Shown here in pieces: positions 52,503-61,805 of a stretch of 64,000 nt of DNA. The notes under the pieces are model-generated. The model saw only the letters and a program-made list of their open reading frames with translations. It was not told the origin of the DNA and searched no databases. Position 1 is the first letter of the stretch. Each line of letters begins with the position of its first letter. The stretch covers positions 68,199-132,198 of the forward strand of contig OZ244924.1 of the NCBI GenBank assembly GCA_965221925.1. Reading direction: 5' to 3'. Source of the DNA: Dehalococcoidia bacterium. Lineage in GTDB: Bacteria > Chloroflexota > Dehalococcoidia > Lucifugimonadales > UBA2985. A program made the position numbers and the translations under genes.

Positions 52503-53843
52503 TTAGACGGCCGGGGTTGGCGCTGCCTGACCGGCGTTGCCCTCTCCCCTTATCCGCTCCAACTCCGCGTCAGGGTCGTCGATCCCCAGGTTCTCCATGG
52601 CGCGGCGTCTGCTCTGTATCCCCGCCTCCACCAGGGTCTGCTGCTCCCTGACCAGCCGGTTGCGGTCCTGTGGCAGCAGCGGCCCCCACACAACGTGCTG
52701 CTTAACCGGCAGGTACTTGACCCCTGTGCGCTTTTCCAGTATTCGCAGCGCCATCTCGTTGCGCTCCTTGTAGGCGGTGGAGCGGATGAGGCGTTTGCGG
52801 CGCACTCTTTGAAGCATGGGGTTCATCTCCATCTCCAGGGCCACGCCGGAGAGGTTGCGGGGGTTATCGCCAAAGCTGATCCTGGGGGCTTCCGACAGGT
52901 CGTGGAGCGCGCGATGTATAACGTCTATGAAGTCCACGTGCAGCTTGACGCCCCCGCCTTGAAGCAGGTCCAGCAGGTAGGCTCTGGCCCGCTCCGGCAG
53001 CTCCCACACCGCTCCGGGCTGCACGGCAATGTCCTCGGCGCGCTCCACCCCCTCCAGCACGGCGATGGGGTTCCCGGACAGCTCCAGGATCATGGATAGC
53101 TGGGAGACGGCCCTGTTCAGCTCCCGGGACGGCTCAACGATGGGCGGAATGTCCGATAGGCCCCAGAACTTCTTGGGTTCCCTTAGGTTGGGGAATATGA
53201 CAAAGGGGATGAAGCCGTACGGGTTGGCTCTCTCCTGCACCAGGGTATCGTCCACCCACAGCCGGAACTCCCTGCGGGTCCATGCCTCCACAACGGTTGC
53301 CTGGCTCTTCCTGCTCCCCGGCTCTGGCGGCTTGACGCCGTAGAGCGTCCTGGCCTGTTCGGGCGAGAGGTAGTACAGGCCGGCCACCTGCCATATACGG
53401 CCCACGTCGTCCGCCACCCACCAGGCGAAGAGTCCCTGGACATCGGGCGAGCTGATCCTCACCCGTCTCTCCTGGGAGTCCCAGACCACCTTGTAGCAGC
53501 CGTCCCCCAGTATGGCGGCGTCCAGCTCCGTATCGAAGTCCAGCTGGTCCAGGTGGTTGGCCTCGTGTATTTGGCGTAGAGCCTCCTCTGCGCGACTTGC
53601 CCTGTCCATGGCCTCGACGGAGGAGTCGGTGGGGCCAATGACCAGGGACATCTCCGTCATCAGGTATGAGGTGATCTTGTCTATGAACGTGCGGGCGTAG
53701 TTGAAGGTGAGGCGTCTCTCGCGCCGGTGCGGCGCGCCCGTCCACTGCGCGCCGCCGTAGAAGGCCAGGTTTTCCCGGTAGCCCCTCAAGCGTTCGGCGT
53801 CCATGCGGGCGACCTGCTGGGGTAGAGGTATGTTGTTGTTCAT
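52503..53843 (-). CDS. Phage portal protein
   Basis: SD AGGAGCAGG lies before ATG 53843. The N-terminus ...YRENLAFYGGAQW...LTFNYARTFIDKITSYL is typical of SPP1-Gp6-like portals. Confidence 0.85.
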   Translation of the reverse strand: MNNNIPLPQQVARMDAERLRGYRENLAFYGGAQWTGAPHRRERRLTFNYARTFIDKITSYLMTEMSLVIGPTDSSVEAMDRASRAEEALRQIHEANHLDQLDFDTELDAAILGDGCYKVVWDSQERRVRISSPDVQGLFAWWVADDVGRIWQVAGLYYLSPEQARTLYGVKPPEPGSRKSQATVVEAWTRREFRLWVDDTLVQERANPYGFIPFVIFPNLREPKKFWGLSDIPPIVEPSRELNRAVSQLSMILELSGNPIAVLEGVERAEDIAVQPGAVWELPERARAYLLDLLQGGGVKLHVDFIDVIHRALHDLSEAPRISFGDNPRNLSGVALEMEMNPMLQRVRRKRLIRSTAYKERNEMALRILEKRTGVKYLPVKQHVVWGPLLPQDRNRLVREQQTLVEAGIQSRRRAMENLGIDDPDAELERIRGEGNAGQAAPTPAV

Positions 53844-53874
53844 AACCTGCTCCTGAATGAGACTTGGTGTCCGG

Positions 53875-54177
53875 TCACTGTTGAAGGCCTTCCGGCAGGA
53901 CATCCCGGGTGCGTACCAGGATGCGGTGTATGGTCCTTTCGCTCAGCCCGAAGTGCTGGGCAAGCTGGGGGACGGATTTGCCCTGGTCGCGCTTCACCTG
54001 GAGCACCTCTCTGTCTCGGCTTATTCGCAGCTCGCGGTGATACGTCACAGGGTCGTCGTACTTGCACCACGGGAGAGGGCAGCGCAAGCAGGATGGCGAC
54101 ACGTTGCAGCCGTCGTCCCTGTAGGGGTACTGCTCCGGCAGGGCGTCTATCAATGGCGCGTTCTTTCTTGGGTTCAC
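53875..54177 (-). CDS. Small Cys-rich HTH protein
   Basis: Starts at GTG 54177. Has the Cys cluster CNVSPSCLRCPLPWC and the HTH SVPQLAQHFGLSERTIHRIL. Confidence 0.6.
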   Translation of the reverse strand: MNPRKNAPLIDALPEQYPYRDDGCNVSPSCLRCPLPWCKYDDPVTYHRELRISRDREVLQVKRDQGKSVPQLAQHFGLSERTIHRILVRTRDVLPEGLQQ

Positions 54178-54211
54178 TTATTTCACACTCTCAGTATGGC
54201 TGCTTTCCCGT

Positions 54212-55600
54212 TCACGCGGGCGCTCGTCCTCGTGCGTAACGAGGCTGGTACTCGGCGGCCTTGACCAACAGGGCCAGGCTCATCAGAAAGTCGTCGTGCC
54301 CCTGGCGGGACTCGACGTAGAAGTTCATGGTCCGGTTGGCCCGCAGATGGCCCGTGGCCTGCTCCGTCTGCTTGCAGAACTCCTGGAACTCAGGCGAGCC
54401 GTCCGCCGCGTACACCTTCACGCGGCCGGAGTTCACCCCGGCCAGCAGGTCAAAGGCGAGGCGCGACTTGCTCTGGGCGGTGAAGACGAACGGGGCTGCC
54501 ACGCCCTTTCCCAGCGTCTTTTCCAGGAAGCTGGCAATACCCTGCCCAAGGCCGGAGGCGTCCACCACCACCCTGCGGCAGCGCCACAGGTCCCGCAGAA
54601 CGTCCACCAGCCTGGGGAAGAGGGACGCATGGCTCTGACCGGTCCACCAGTAGTGCTCCACGATTCTTATGGTGGGTTCAGGCATGAGTTCGGTGCAGTT
54701 GGTGAAATCCAGCTCGCCGATGGTGACCACGGTGGAGTCCCGGCCGGGCATGGAGGCTCGCAGGTTCTCGTCCTCCCCCTCCGGGGACTCTCCAGCCACG
54801 TCTACCCCGGCTACGTATATTCGCCCCTGTTCAGAGGAGCGGCGGCGGCTGTGCCGCCCCTGCATCCGGGCGCGCTGCTCAAGCGAGAAGAAGCCGTCTC
54901 CGCCGCTGACGGGCTCCAGGAGATACTGGGTGCGGAACAGAGGGTGGCTCTCCCCCAAACGCCGTCTCTCGCCCTCCACGTACGTCCGATACAGGGGATT
55001 GTAGCCGGCGACCTCTTCCCAGTTCTGACGGAAGTGGCGTTTGACGCCGTCGCTGCGCTCCATGTCCAGATTGGCCTGCTTCATCTCCTCCAGCAGGGTG
55101 TCCCCTTTCCAGGGAGTGCCGTACAGGACGGTGGTTACGTTGGTAGAGGCCCCCATTGGCCTGAACTCCTTGTAGAACTTGTCCCGATCCACGTCCTGGG
55201 CCTCGTCAATCTCCATGAGGATATGGGCCGTGACCCCCACAACGTTGCTGGAGGGTTCCGCGCTGAGGAACAGCTGGCGCACTCTGCCAAGGCGAAATGC
55301 GTTGCCCGTCTCCGCGCTCCACAGCCCACCCAATCCCGCCTCGCTCAACCGCTCCTTCAGACGGGCCATGCTGATGCGTACCTGGGGGTCAAAAGTGGGC
55401 GCGCCCTTCACCAGGTTCCCTCCCTTGACCGAGAACATGGCTAGAAGGAGCACTTCCATCTGAGCGGAGAGCTCGTTCTTACCGCCCTGGCGCGCTATCT
55501 CCACGGTGAAGGTAAGCCCCCTGTTGTGGAGAATGCTGTCCATGACCGCCCTCCCGATTTCAACCTGGTACGGCCTCAGCTCAACCATCTTCTTGTCCAT
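54212..55600 (-). CDS. Phage terminase large subunit
   Basis: Walker A-like ARQGGKNE, Walker B LMEIDEAQ and a C-terminal nuclease region (VAGVDVAGES...). Confidence 0.88.
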   Translation of the reverse strand: MDKKMVELRPYQVEIGRAVMDSILHNRGLTFTVEIARQGGKNELSAQMEVLLLAMFSVKGGNLVKGAPTFDPQVRISMARLKERLSEAGLGGLWSAETGNAFRLGRVRQLFLSAEPSSNVVGVTAHILMEIDEAQDVDRDKFYKEFRPMGASTNVTTVLYGTPWKGDTLLEEMKQANLDMERSDGVKRHFRQNWEEVAGYNPLYRTYVEGERRRLGESHPLFRTQYLLEPVSGGDGFFSLEQRARMQGRHSRRRSSEQGRIYVAGVDVAGESPEGEDENLRASMPGRDSTVVTIGELDFTNCTELMPEPTIRIVEHYWWTGQSHASLFPRLVDVLRDLWRCRRVVVDASGLGQGIASFLEKTLGKGVAAPFVFTAQSKSRLAFDLLAGVNSGRVKVYAADGSPEFQEFCKQTEQATGHLRANRTMNFYVESRQGHDDFLMSLALLVKAAEYQPRYARGRAPA

Positions 55601-55604
55601 GCCT

Positions 55605-55829
55605 TCAACCCCACTCCAGCAGTCTCAATACAACCTGTACAATGACGGCCCCAGCTACCAGGAAGACCAGCCCGTTTACCCGCGTCTTCATCTCGTCCAC
55701 GGTCCGCTCCAGGTGGCCCATTCGCTGGTCCAGCAGAGCGTCGAACGTGGAGGACGGCGACAGGTTCACGTCGTGGGGCGATGGGCCTCGAAGCCGGCGC
55801 ATCGCGTTCTTGAGGTCTTCACTCCCCAT
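55605..55829 (-). CDS. Small protein with a C-terminal TM helix (hypothetical)
   Basis: 74 aa. The TM helix is NGLVFLVAGAVIVQVVLRLL. It lies 4 nt upstream of terL. Confidence 0.55.
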   Translation of the reverse strand: MGSEDLKNAMRRLRGPSPHDVNLSPSSTFDALLDQRMGHLERTVDEMKTRVNGLVFLVAGAVIVQVVLRLLEWG

Positions 55830-56154
55830 CGAATCCCTCCGGCAGGAGGACGCTTCCCACGCCCTGCAACACTCCCAGCAGGCTCTGGTACAGGTCCTTC
55901 TCCGACTTTGGGGACAGCCTGTACTTGGCGGAAACGGCCCTGACCAGCATCCCTATCCCCTTGATGAGCAGCTCGATGTTTTCCGGCTGCTCCTCGGCCA
56001 GGCCGCCCAGGCGTACCCTGAGGAGGGCGATCTCCTCATCCAGGCCCTGGATCCGCCTTGCCCGGGACAGTCGCACCTTCTCCGCTTGAGACAGGGCCTC
56101 CTCGTAGAAAGCGCCGGGGCCGTCCGGCGTCTTGTTAACCCTTCGAGCCACCAT
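55819..56154 (-). CDS. Hypothetical protein at the small-terminase position
   Basis: SD GGAAGGAGGGG lies before ATG 56154. The protein is 111 aa and helical. The TerS role is inferred from gene order only. Confidence 0.55.
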   Translation of the reverse strand: MVARRVNKTPDGPGAFYEEALSQAEKVRLSRARRIQGLDEEIALLRVRLGGLAEEQPENIELLIKGIGMLVRAVSAKYRLSPKSEKDLYQSLLGVLQGVGSVLLPEGFDGE

Positions 56155-56293
56155 CCCCTCCTTCCAGGGACTCCACCAGGTGGTGAAGAGTATCCGGGGG
56201 CAGCTTGGAGGCCACCTGCACAAACCCCCTCAGCAGGCAGACTGCCACCATCTCCCAGTCCTGCTTATCGATTGCCTTTGATATGGTAGTCAT
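56135..56293 (-). CDS. Possible 52-aa ORF (absent from the ORF track)
   Basis: ATG 56293 (MTTISKAIDKQDWEMVAVCLLRGF...) runs to TAA 56135-56137. A weak SD AAAGGA is present. It overlaps the start of the next gene by 20 nt. Confidence 0.35.
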   Translation of the reverse strand: MTTISKAIDKQDWEMVAVCLLRGFVQVASKLPPDTLHHLVESLEGGDGGSKG

Positions 56294-56326
56294 AAGCGAT
56301 TTCCTTTACCTGCCCTCCTTGTAGTC

Positions 56327-56641
56327 TCACCCTCCACGCCTGTCGCCGGACCTCTGGCGAAGTATCAGCGCTGTTATTGCCAGAGACGAGGCAAGGGTTA
56401 TCAGTCCAATGGCGGCCAGCGGCCCGGAGCCGGTTGGGTTGAAAGAGCCGTTGCCGAAGGGAACGGCCCAGTACAGCCCCTGGAGAAGGAAGCTCAGGTT
56501 CACCAGCAGGAGGACGCGCGCGGCTATCTTCCTGGCGGGGTGAGAGGCTGAATAGCCGGCAAAGTAGACGGCGTTGAAGCCTCCCGATGCGGCGGTCAGC
56601 GTTCCCTGGATGGACATCAGCGCATGTATAGACTCCGGCAA
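56327..56641 (-). CDS. Small 3-TM membrane protein (hypothetical)
   Basis: SD AGGAGGGG lies before TTG 56641. The protein is 104 aa. Confidence 0.55.
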   Translation of the reverse strand: MPESIHALMSIQGTLTAASGGFNAVYFAGYSASHPARKIAARVLLLVNLSFLLQGLYWAVPFGNGSFNPTGSGPLAAIGLITLASSLAITALILRQRSGDRRGG

Positions 56642-56770
56642 GCTCCCCTCCTGTCACAGGTCTCTCCACGGGAGAAGAGTGACGGAGGGAGAATAGCGCT
56701 AATGTTCTTATGTGGTCAATGGGAGGGTGACGCCGGTATTCTCAACATATGTTGGTAATGGCGCACGACT

Positions 56771-56794
56771 GTTCTGTTGCATTTCCTGGGTAGT
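56771..56794. repeat. Left inverted repeat of cassette 2
   Basis: GTTCTGTTGCATTTCCTGGGTAGT is the exact reverse complement of the core of 57774-57799. Confidence 0.85.
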
Positions 56795-56854
56795 TGCCCG
56801 CTCCAAGGGGTTGGCAACTACACAATCGTAGCCTAGACTCTCTCCAACGCCGAG

Positions 56855-57592
56855 TTGAGAAGGGACACCATGACAGAACATAAGCAAGAAACTGACAGAA
56901 ACGCAAATTGTTCCTGGTGGAAGTGGGGCCTAGTGCTCCTTGTGGGTGTCGCTTTTGGATGGTTAGCATCTACCCAGGCTAGCCAAGACCACCAGATTGA
57001 CGGAGAGAGGCAACAGGCGATGGTATCCACGGCTAGCCAAGACCACCAGATTGACGGAGAGAGGCAACAGGCAATGGTATCCACGGCTAGCCAAGACCAC
57101 CAAATTGACGGAGAGAGGCAACAGGCGATGGTATCCACACAACAAGGACTGGATGACATATGCGACCGCTCAATTCTGATGCAGGAAACCCTGCTTGAAC
57201 GAATCGGCGTCCAATTGTGCAGAGTCATTTCCGTTAGGGAACTCAATCGCATTGACAGGCTCAGTATCGAAGAGGGGGAGCGCCGACTACAGGCGGACGA
57301 TTTTGCCAACATGCGTAATTTGACGGCATTGGGGTTGGAGAAGAATGGTGATAGCGCCTCGCGGGCTACAGGGCTTGATCTTCCGCCAGAGATATTCCGC
57401 CACTTGGCCGACCTTACGTACCTATCCATAACCGGATACGATGCGACCTCAGTGATGAGCCACGACTTTGCCGCCGAGTTGCCTAATCTCCAACATCTGT
57501 CGCTAAGGCTCAGAGACTGTACGGCAAAGCCGACCATTTTCGACACATTGACGTTTCCTGAGACCATCGAAACGGAGTGCATTACTTGGTAA
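56855..57592 (+). CDS. Membrane-anchored protein with a triplicated 18-aa repeat and an LRR-like C-terminal region
   Basis: TM helix WWKWGLVLLVGVAFGWL. The unit ASQDHQIDGERQQAMVST occurs three times. LRR-like segments are present (NMRNLTALGLEKN; LADLTYLSITG; LPNLQHLSL). Confidence 0.7.
   Translation: MRRDTMTEHKQETDRNANCSWWKWGLVLLVGVAFGWLASTQASQDHQIDGERQQAMVSTASQDHQIDGERQQAMVSTASQDHQIDGERQQAMVSTQQGLDDICDRSILMQETLLERIGVQLCRVISVRELNRIDRLSIEEGERRLQADDFANMRNLTALGLEKNGDSASRATGLDLPPEIFRHLADLTYLSITGYDATSVMSHDFAAELPNLQHLSLRLRDCTAKPTIFDTLTFPETIETECITW
56977..57138. repeat. 54-bp in-frame tandem repeat, three units
   Basis: Units start at 56977, 57031 and 57085 and are almost identical. Confidence 0.92.
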
Positions 57593-57773
57593 GTCGTAAG
57601 AAATGTCTAATCTGAGCTCGGCGCATTGGGCAAGAACGGTTGGCGTTACAGCCAAGAGTCGTTACTTGTTCCGCAATCTGTTCACGCGAACACCAGCTAG
57701 CCCAGGGTCGCGTACGGGCAAAGCGTCAGTATCAGAAGCGCAAACGGGAGAAAGAGGGGGACACTGTATGAGG

Positions 57774-57799
57774 GACTACCCAGGAAATGCAACAGAACC
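57774..57799. repeat. Right inverted repeat of cassette 2
   Basis: GACTACCCAGGAAATGCAACAGAACC is identical to 1506-1531. Confidence 0.85.
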
Positions 57800-57824
57800 C
57801 GCACGGCACCGTTCGTTCATAGGG

Positions 57825-57925
57825 TGAGACAAGCTCACCACGAACGGGGGGGCTTGCGCTCATCCTGAGCGTGTCGCGAAGGGCGCGAGCGGAGCGGGGC
57901 GTTTGGAGGAGGGGCGGCGGGCGCG
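57825..57925. repeat. REP-like module
   Basis: gtgagacaagctcaccacgaacggg...gctcatcctgagcgtgtcgcgaagggcgcgagcgg. Confidence 0.75.
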
Positions 57926-57929
57926 GGGG

Positions 57930-58187
57930 CTAAGCGGCGTCCAGCTTGTTCAGCCTTGCCATCAACCTGGACTTCCGGCGGGCGGCGTTGTTCGGGTGGA
58001 TAATGCCTTTTGCAGCTGCCTTGTCCAGAGCCTTGATGGCCTGGCCGGCGCTGATGGAGGCAGCTTCTAACTCCCCCGCCGCTATGGTATCCTGGGCTTT
58101 CTTGACGTAGGTGCGAGTGGCGGTGCGTATGGGTCGGTTACGCTGGCTTTTTCGCTCTACCACTCTGGCGGATTTTTCGCTAGGCAA
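57930..58187 (-). CDS. rpsT: 30S ribosomal protein S20
   Basis: SD AAAGGAGA lies before TTG 58187. Contains ...RKSQRNRPIRTATRTYVKKA...KGIIHPNNAARRKSRL. Confidence 0.95.
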   Translation of the reverse strand: MPSEKSARVVERKSQRNRPIRTATRTYVKKAQDTIAAGELEAASISAGQAIKALDKAAAKGIIHPNNAARRKSRLMARLNKLDAA

Positions 58188-58199
58188 TTGAGTTCTCCT

Positions 58200-60386
58200 T
58201 TAGCTTGAGGTCCTTGAGTTGGGATTCATATGGCCCTCCTCGTCCGGGGCGCTGCGCGTCACGGAGAACACGCCTCCCACCCCTTCCAGACGAGAGAACA
58301 GGCGGCTCAGCTGCCCCACTCCGGTGGTGTAGAGGGTCAGGTAGAGGGAGGCGCTGTTGTCTTCGTGTTCGGTGGTGATAACAGAGGCAATGTTGACCTT
58401 CTCCTGGGAGACCAGGGTAGTTACGTCCCTCAACAGGCCCACCCGGTCCCATGCCTCAATGCGGAGTCGGACGGGATAGAGCTTCTGGCCTTTGCCCCAG
58501 TTCACGCCCACCAGCCTCTCACGCTCGGTCTCGTTGCGGACGTTGTGGCAGTCCGTCCTGTGGACGGAGACCCCCCGGCTGCGGGTTATGTAGCCCACAA
58601 TCTCGTCCCCGGGGATGGGGTTGCAGCAATGCGAGACCTTGGTGAGCAGGTCTCCCACTCCCAGCACCTCTATGCCGGAGGAGGGCCAGGTAAGAATGTG
58701 CGCGGGAGCGGGTTCCACGGGGGACTGCTCCTGCTGGACGGCCAGCCTGGCGGTCACCTGCGAGATGCTCACATTGCCGTTTCCCAGGGATGCCAGCAAC
58801 TCCGCGGCGGTCTCGAACTTGAAGAGAGCGGCAACCTCTTCCGTCTCCATCTTCAGGCTGAGGTGCCTCAACTCCTTTGTCAGCAGCTCCTTGCCCCGTT
58901 GGATGTTGGCGCTTCTCTCCTGTTTTCGGAACCACTGCCTTATCTTCTCGCGGGCGTTGGCGCTGTTGGCGTAGCCCAGGTTGGTGTTGAGCCAGTCCAG
59001 GCTTGGGCCGCGTTCCATCTTGCTGGTGAGGACCTCCACCGTATCGCCGTTGTTGAGCTGGGTGTACAGGGGCACCAGCTTGCCGTTCACCTTGCCGCCA
59101 ATGCAGCGATGCCCCAGGTCTGTGTGTATGCGATAGGCAAAATCTATGGGTGTTGAACCCGCCGGGAGCTCCCTTATGTCCCCCTTTGGGGTGTACACGA
59201 ACACCTGGTCCTGGAACAGGTCCGTCCTGACCGATTCCAGGAACTCCTCCGCTCCAACAACCTCCCTCTGCCAGTCCAGGAGATGCCTGAGCCAGGCCAT
59301 CTTCTCCTCAAAGTGCAGGTCTTTTGCCTGCCCCTCCTTGTAGCGCCAGTGGGCGGCTACCCCGTACTCGGAGACCTGGTGCATGGCGTAGGTCCTGATC
59401 TGCACCTCCAGCGGCGTGCTCCCCTGGTGCATCACCGACGTGTGGAGAGACTGGTACATGTTGTCCTTTGGTGTGGCTATATAGTCGTCAAACTCCCCGG
59501 GTATGGGATGAAACAGGCCGTGGGTGATTCCCAGGGCGGTGTAGCAGTCCTGCACCTCCGGCACCAAGACCCTCAGTGCAAAGAGGTCGTATATCTGGCT
59601 GAACTCCTTGCCCTGCTGGGAGTACTTCTCAACCTTCTGGAAGATGCTGTAGATGTGCTTGGGTCTTCCCATAACCTCGGCTGCCATCCCCGCCTTGCTC
59701 AGCTCATCCCTCAGCGCCTGAGATATCTGGACTATGTACTTCTCTCTCTCCGTCCGCTTGGTTGTCAGAAGGCGCGATATCTCCCGGTATTTAGTGGGCT
59801 GCAGGTAGCTGAAGGCCAAGTCCTCCAGACGCCACTTGATGTCCCATATGCCCAGTCTGTGGGCCAATGGAGCGTAGATGTCCAGCGTCTCCTTGGCTAT
59901 TGCAATCCTCTTCTCCGGAGAGTGGGCCTTGAGGGTCTGCATATTGTGGAGGCGGTCCGCCAGCTTTATCAGGACAACCCGAATGTCCTTTGCCATTGCC
60001 ACCAGCATCTTGCGCAGGCTTTCCGCCTGTCCCTCTTCGTAGCCGTATGGTCGGCCCTCGCGGGAAGACATCAAGTCTATCTTGCTCAGCTTGGTAACTC
60101 CGTCTACCAGCAGGCTGACCTCCGGGCCGAACTTGCGCTTGATGTCCTCGTAGGAGACATCGCAGTCCTCTATCACGTCGTGGAGGAGGGCCGCCGCCAG
60201 TGTGGAGGCGTCCATGTTGAGGTCTGCCAGGAACAGGGCTGTATTGATCGGGTGCTCTACGTAGGGCTCCCCGGACAGCCGCTTCTGTCCCTCATGCGCC
60301 TTCCAGGCGAAGTTGTAGGCTTCCTCTATCAGCCCAACCTTGTCCAGAGGCAGGTAGCTCTTGGCCTTGACCAGAATGTCTTCCAT
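58200..60386 (-). CDS. rel: Bifunctional (p)ppGpp synthetase/hydrolase (RelA/SpoT homologue)
   Basis: Starts at ATG 60386 (MEDILVKAK). Has an HD domain (LLHDVIEDC), a synthetase domain (YRSLHT-like: YQSLHTSV), and TGS and ACT regions. Confidence 0.95.
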   Translation of the reverse strand: MEDILVKAKSYLPLDKVGLIEEAYNFAWKAHEGQKRLSGEPYVEHPINTALFLADLNMDASTLAAALLHDVIEDCDVSYEDIKRKFGPEVSLLVDGVTKLSKIDLMSSREGRPYGYEEGQAESLRKMLVAMAKDIRVVLIKLADRLHNMQTLKAHSPEKRIAIAKETLDIYAPLAHRLGIWDIKWRLEDLAFSYLQPTKYREISRLLTTKRTEREKYIVQISQALRDELSKAGMAAEVMGRPKHIYSIFQKVEKYSQQGKEFSQIYDLFALRVLVPEVQDCYTALGITHGLFHPIPGEFDDYIATPKDNMYQSLHTSVMHQGSTPLEVQIRTYAMHQVSEYGVAAHWRYKEGQAKDLHFEEKMAWLRHLLDWQREVVGAEEFLESVRTDLFQDQVFVYTPKGDIRELPAGSTPIDFAYRIHTDLGHRCIGGKVNGKLVPLYTQLNNGDTVEVLTSKMERGPSLDWLNTNLGYANSANAREKIRQWFRKQERSANIQRGKELLTKELRHLSLKMETEEVAALFKFETAAELLASLGNGNVSISQVTARLAVQQEQSPVEPAPAHILTWPSSGIEVLGVGDLLTKVSHCCNPIPGDEIVGYITRSRGVSVHRTDCHNVRNETERERLVGVNWGKGQKLYPVRLRIEAWDRVGLLRDVTTLVSQEKVNIASVITTEHEDNSASLYLTLYTTGVGQLSRLFSRLEGVGGVFSVTRSAPDEEGHMNPNSRTSS

Positions 60387-60520
60387 GCTATCTACACGTC
60401 CCCGCCGATGCCGGTTAGTGAGAGTATAGCGAACCATTCGGCTTCCTGCAAATGGATACCTTTGTATAGCTTGGTATCTTTCCAAAGAAGGCGCTCCACC
60501 GCCATTGCCGCGGAAGCAGA

Positions 60521-60720
60521 CCTTTGCATAACTCTGGGCGCCATCCTGTGAAGAGACGCTCCAACTGTCATTCCGAACGGAGCGTAGCGGAGTGAGGAAT
60601 CTAGAGGCTCACATCCCCCACAAGGGTTCCTGTGGCTGGAATCCTCCCATGACTACGGCGCAACATCTTAGATTCCTCGCTGCGCTCGGAACCACATCAA
60701 ATGGAGTGTTAGCAGTTACG
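60521..60720. repeat. MITE-like palindromic element, copy C
   Basis: It has the same structure as copy A (9571-9742 plus 10796-10825) and is the reverse complement of copy B. Confidence 0.85.
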
Positions 60721-60768
60721 CAAGGGGATGCAAATGCCACAATACTTCTTACGAATAAAATCATCCAC

Positions 60769-60797
60769 TTGAAGCTGGAACGTCATTCATATACAAT
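60769..60797 (+). promoter_or_regulatory. Putative promoter of the ABC-2 operon
   Basis: TTGAAG, a 17-nt spacer, then TACAAT. Confidence 0.4.
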
Positions 60798-60845
60798 CCA
60801 TCAATGCGCATCTCGGCCAGGGCCGAACAAGCGGAAAGGTGGACC

Positions 60846-61805
60846 ATGCAAGAGACAACCGGCGTCCCGATGATAGAGGTGGAGAACCTCACCAAGTACT
60901 ACGGAGACTTTCCGGCGGTTGAGGATATCAGCTTCACCGTGAACAAGGGCGAGGTACTGGGCTTCCTGGGCCCCAATGCCGCAGGCAAGACCACCACCAT
61001 GCGCGTCCTCACCGGCTTCATGCCTCCCACCTCCGGATCCGCCAGAATAGCGGGCTTTGACGTGGTTGACCAGTCGCTGGAGGCGCGCCGGCACATAGGG
61101 TATCTCCCTGAGACTGTGCCCCTGTACACGGAGATGAGCGTTGTGGACTACCTGGAGTTCATGGGGAAGATACGGGGCATGGACAAGCAGTGGCGGCGGC
61201 GGCGCATTGGCGAGGTCATAGACATATGCCGCTTGGGAGACTATAGGTCCTCTCTCATCGGCAAGCTGTCCAAGGGCTTCCGTCAGAGGGTGGGTATAGC
61301 CCAGGCCGTCCTCCACGAGCCGGAGGTGCTCATAATGGACGAACCCACCATCGGCATAGACCCCATTCAGGTGGTGGAGACCCGCAACCTGATCAAGGGG
61401 TTTGGAGGAGACCACACCGTCATCCTCAGCACTCACATACTCCCAGAGGTGAGCATGGTCTGCCAGCGCGTCATCATAATCCATGAAGGCCAGGTTGTAG
61501 CTATAGACAGGCCGGAGAACCTGTCCGAACGGCTCAGGGGGACGGAGCGCCTTGAGGTGGACATAAGGGGCCCCTCCGCCGAGGTGATGTCGGCCCTCAG
61601 AGACATCCCCGGCGTTCAGGAGATTGCCCGTATCGACAGAGACGGCGTGGGGGTCTACAACATTGAGACCACCAGCGGGGCGGACCTCAGAGAGGAGATA
61701 TCCAACCTGGTGCTTCGGCGTGGCTGGGGCCTCCTCAGATTGCAACCCATACAGATGAGCCTTGAAGAGATATTCCTGCGCTTGACGGAACCGGACCAGG
61801 CATGA
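60846..61805 (+). CDS. ABC-2-type transporter ATP-binding protein (GldA/CcmA-like)
   Basis: SD AAAGGTGG lies before ATG 60846. Walker A is GPNAAGKTT, the signature is LSKGFRQR and Walker B is LIMDEPT. Confidence 0.92.
   Translation: MQETTGVPMIEVENLTKYYGDFPAVEDISFTVNKGEVLGFLGPNAAGKTTTMRVLTGFMPPTSGSARIAGFDVVDQSLEARRHIGYLPETVPLYTEMSVVDYLEFMGKIRGMDKQWRRRRIGEVIDICRLGDYRSSLIGKLSKGFRQRVGIAQAVLHEPEVLIMDEPTIGIDPIQVVETRNLIKGFGGDHTVILSTHILPEVSMVCQRVIIIHEGQVVAIDRPENLSERLRGTERLEVDIRGPSAEVMSALRDIPGVQEIARIDRDGVGVYNIETTSGADLREEISNLVLRRGWGLLRLQPIQMSLEEIFLRLTEPDQA

Larger units (their letters stand above)
52503..56641 (-). mobile_element. Prophage remnant retaining only the DNA-packaging module
   Basis: Seven co-oriented ORFs include an intact TerL and an intact portal. 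No protease, capsid, tail, lysis or integrase genes are present. A MITE bounds it on the left and REP/IR motifs on the right. Confidence 0.7.
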
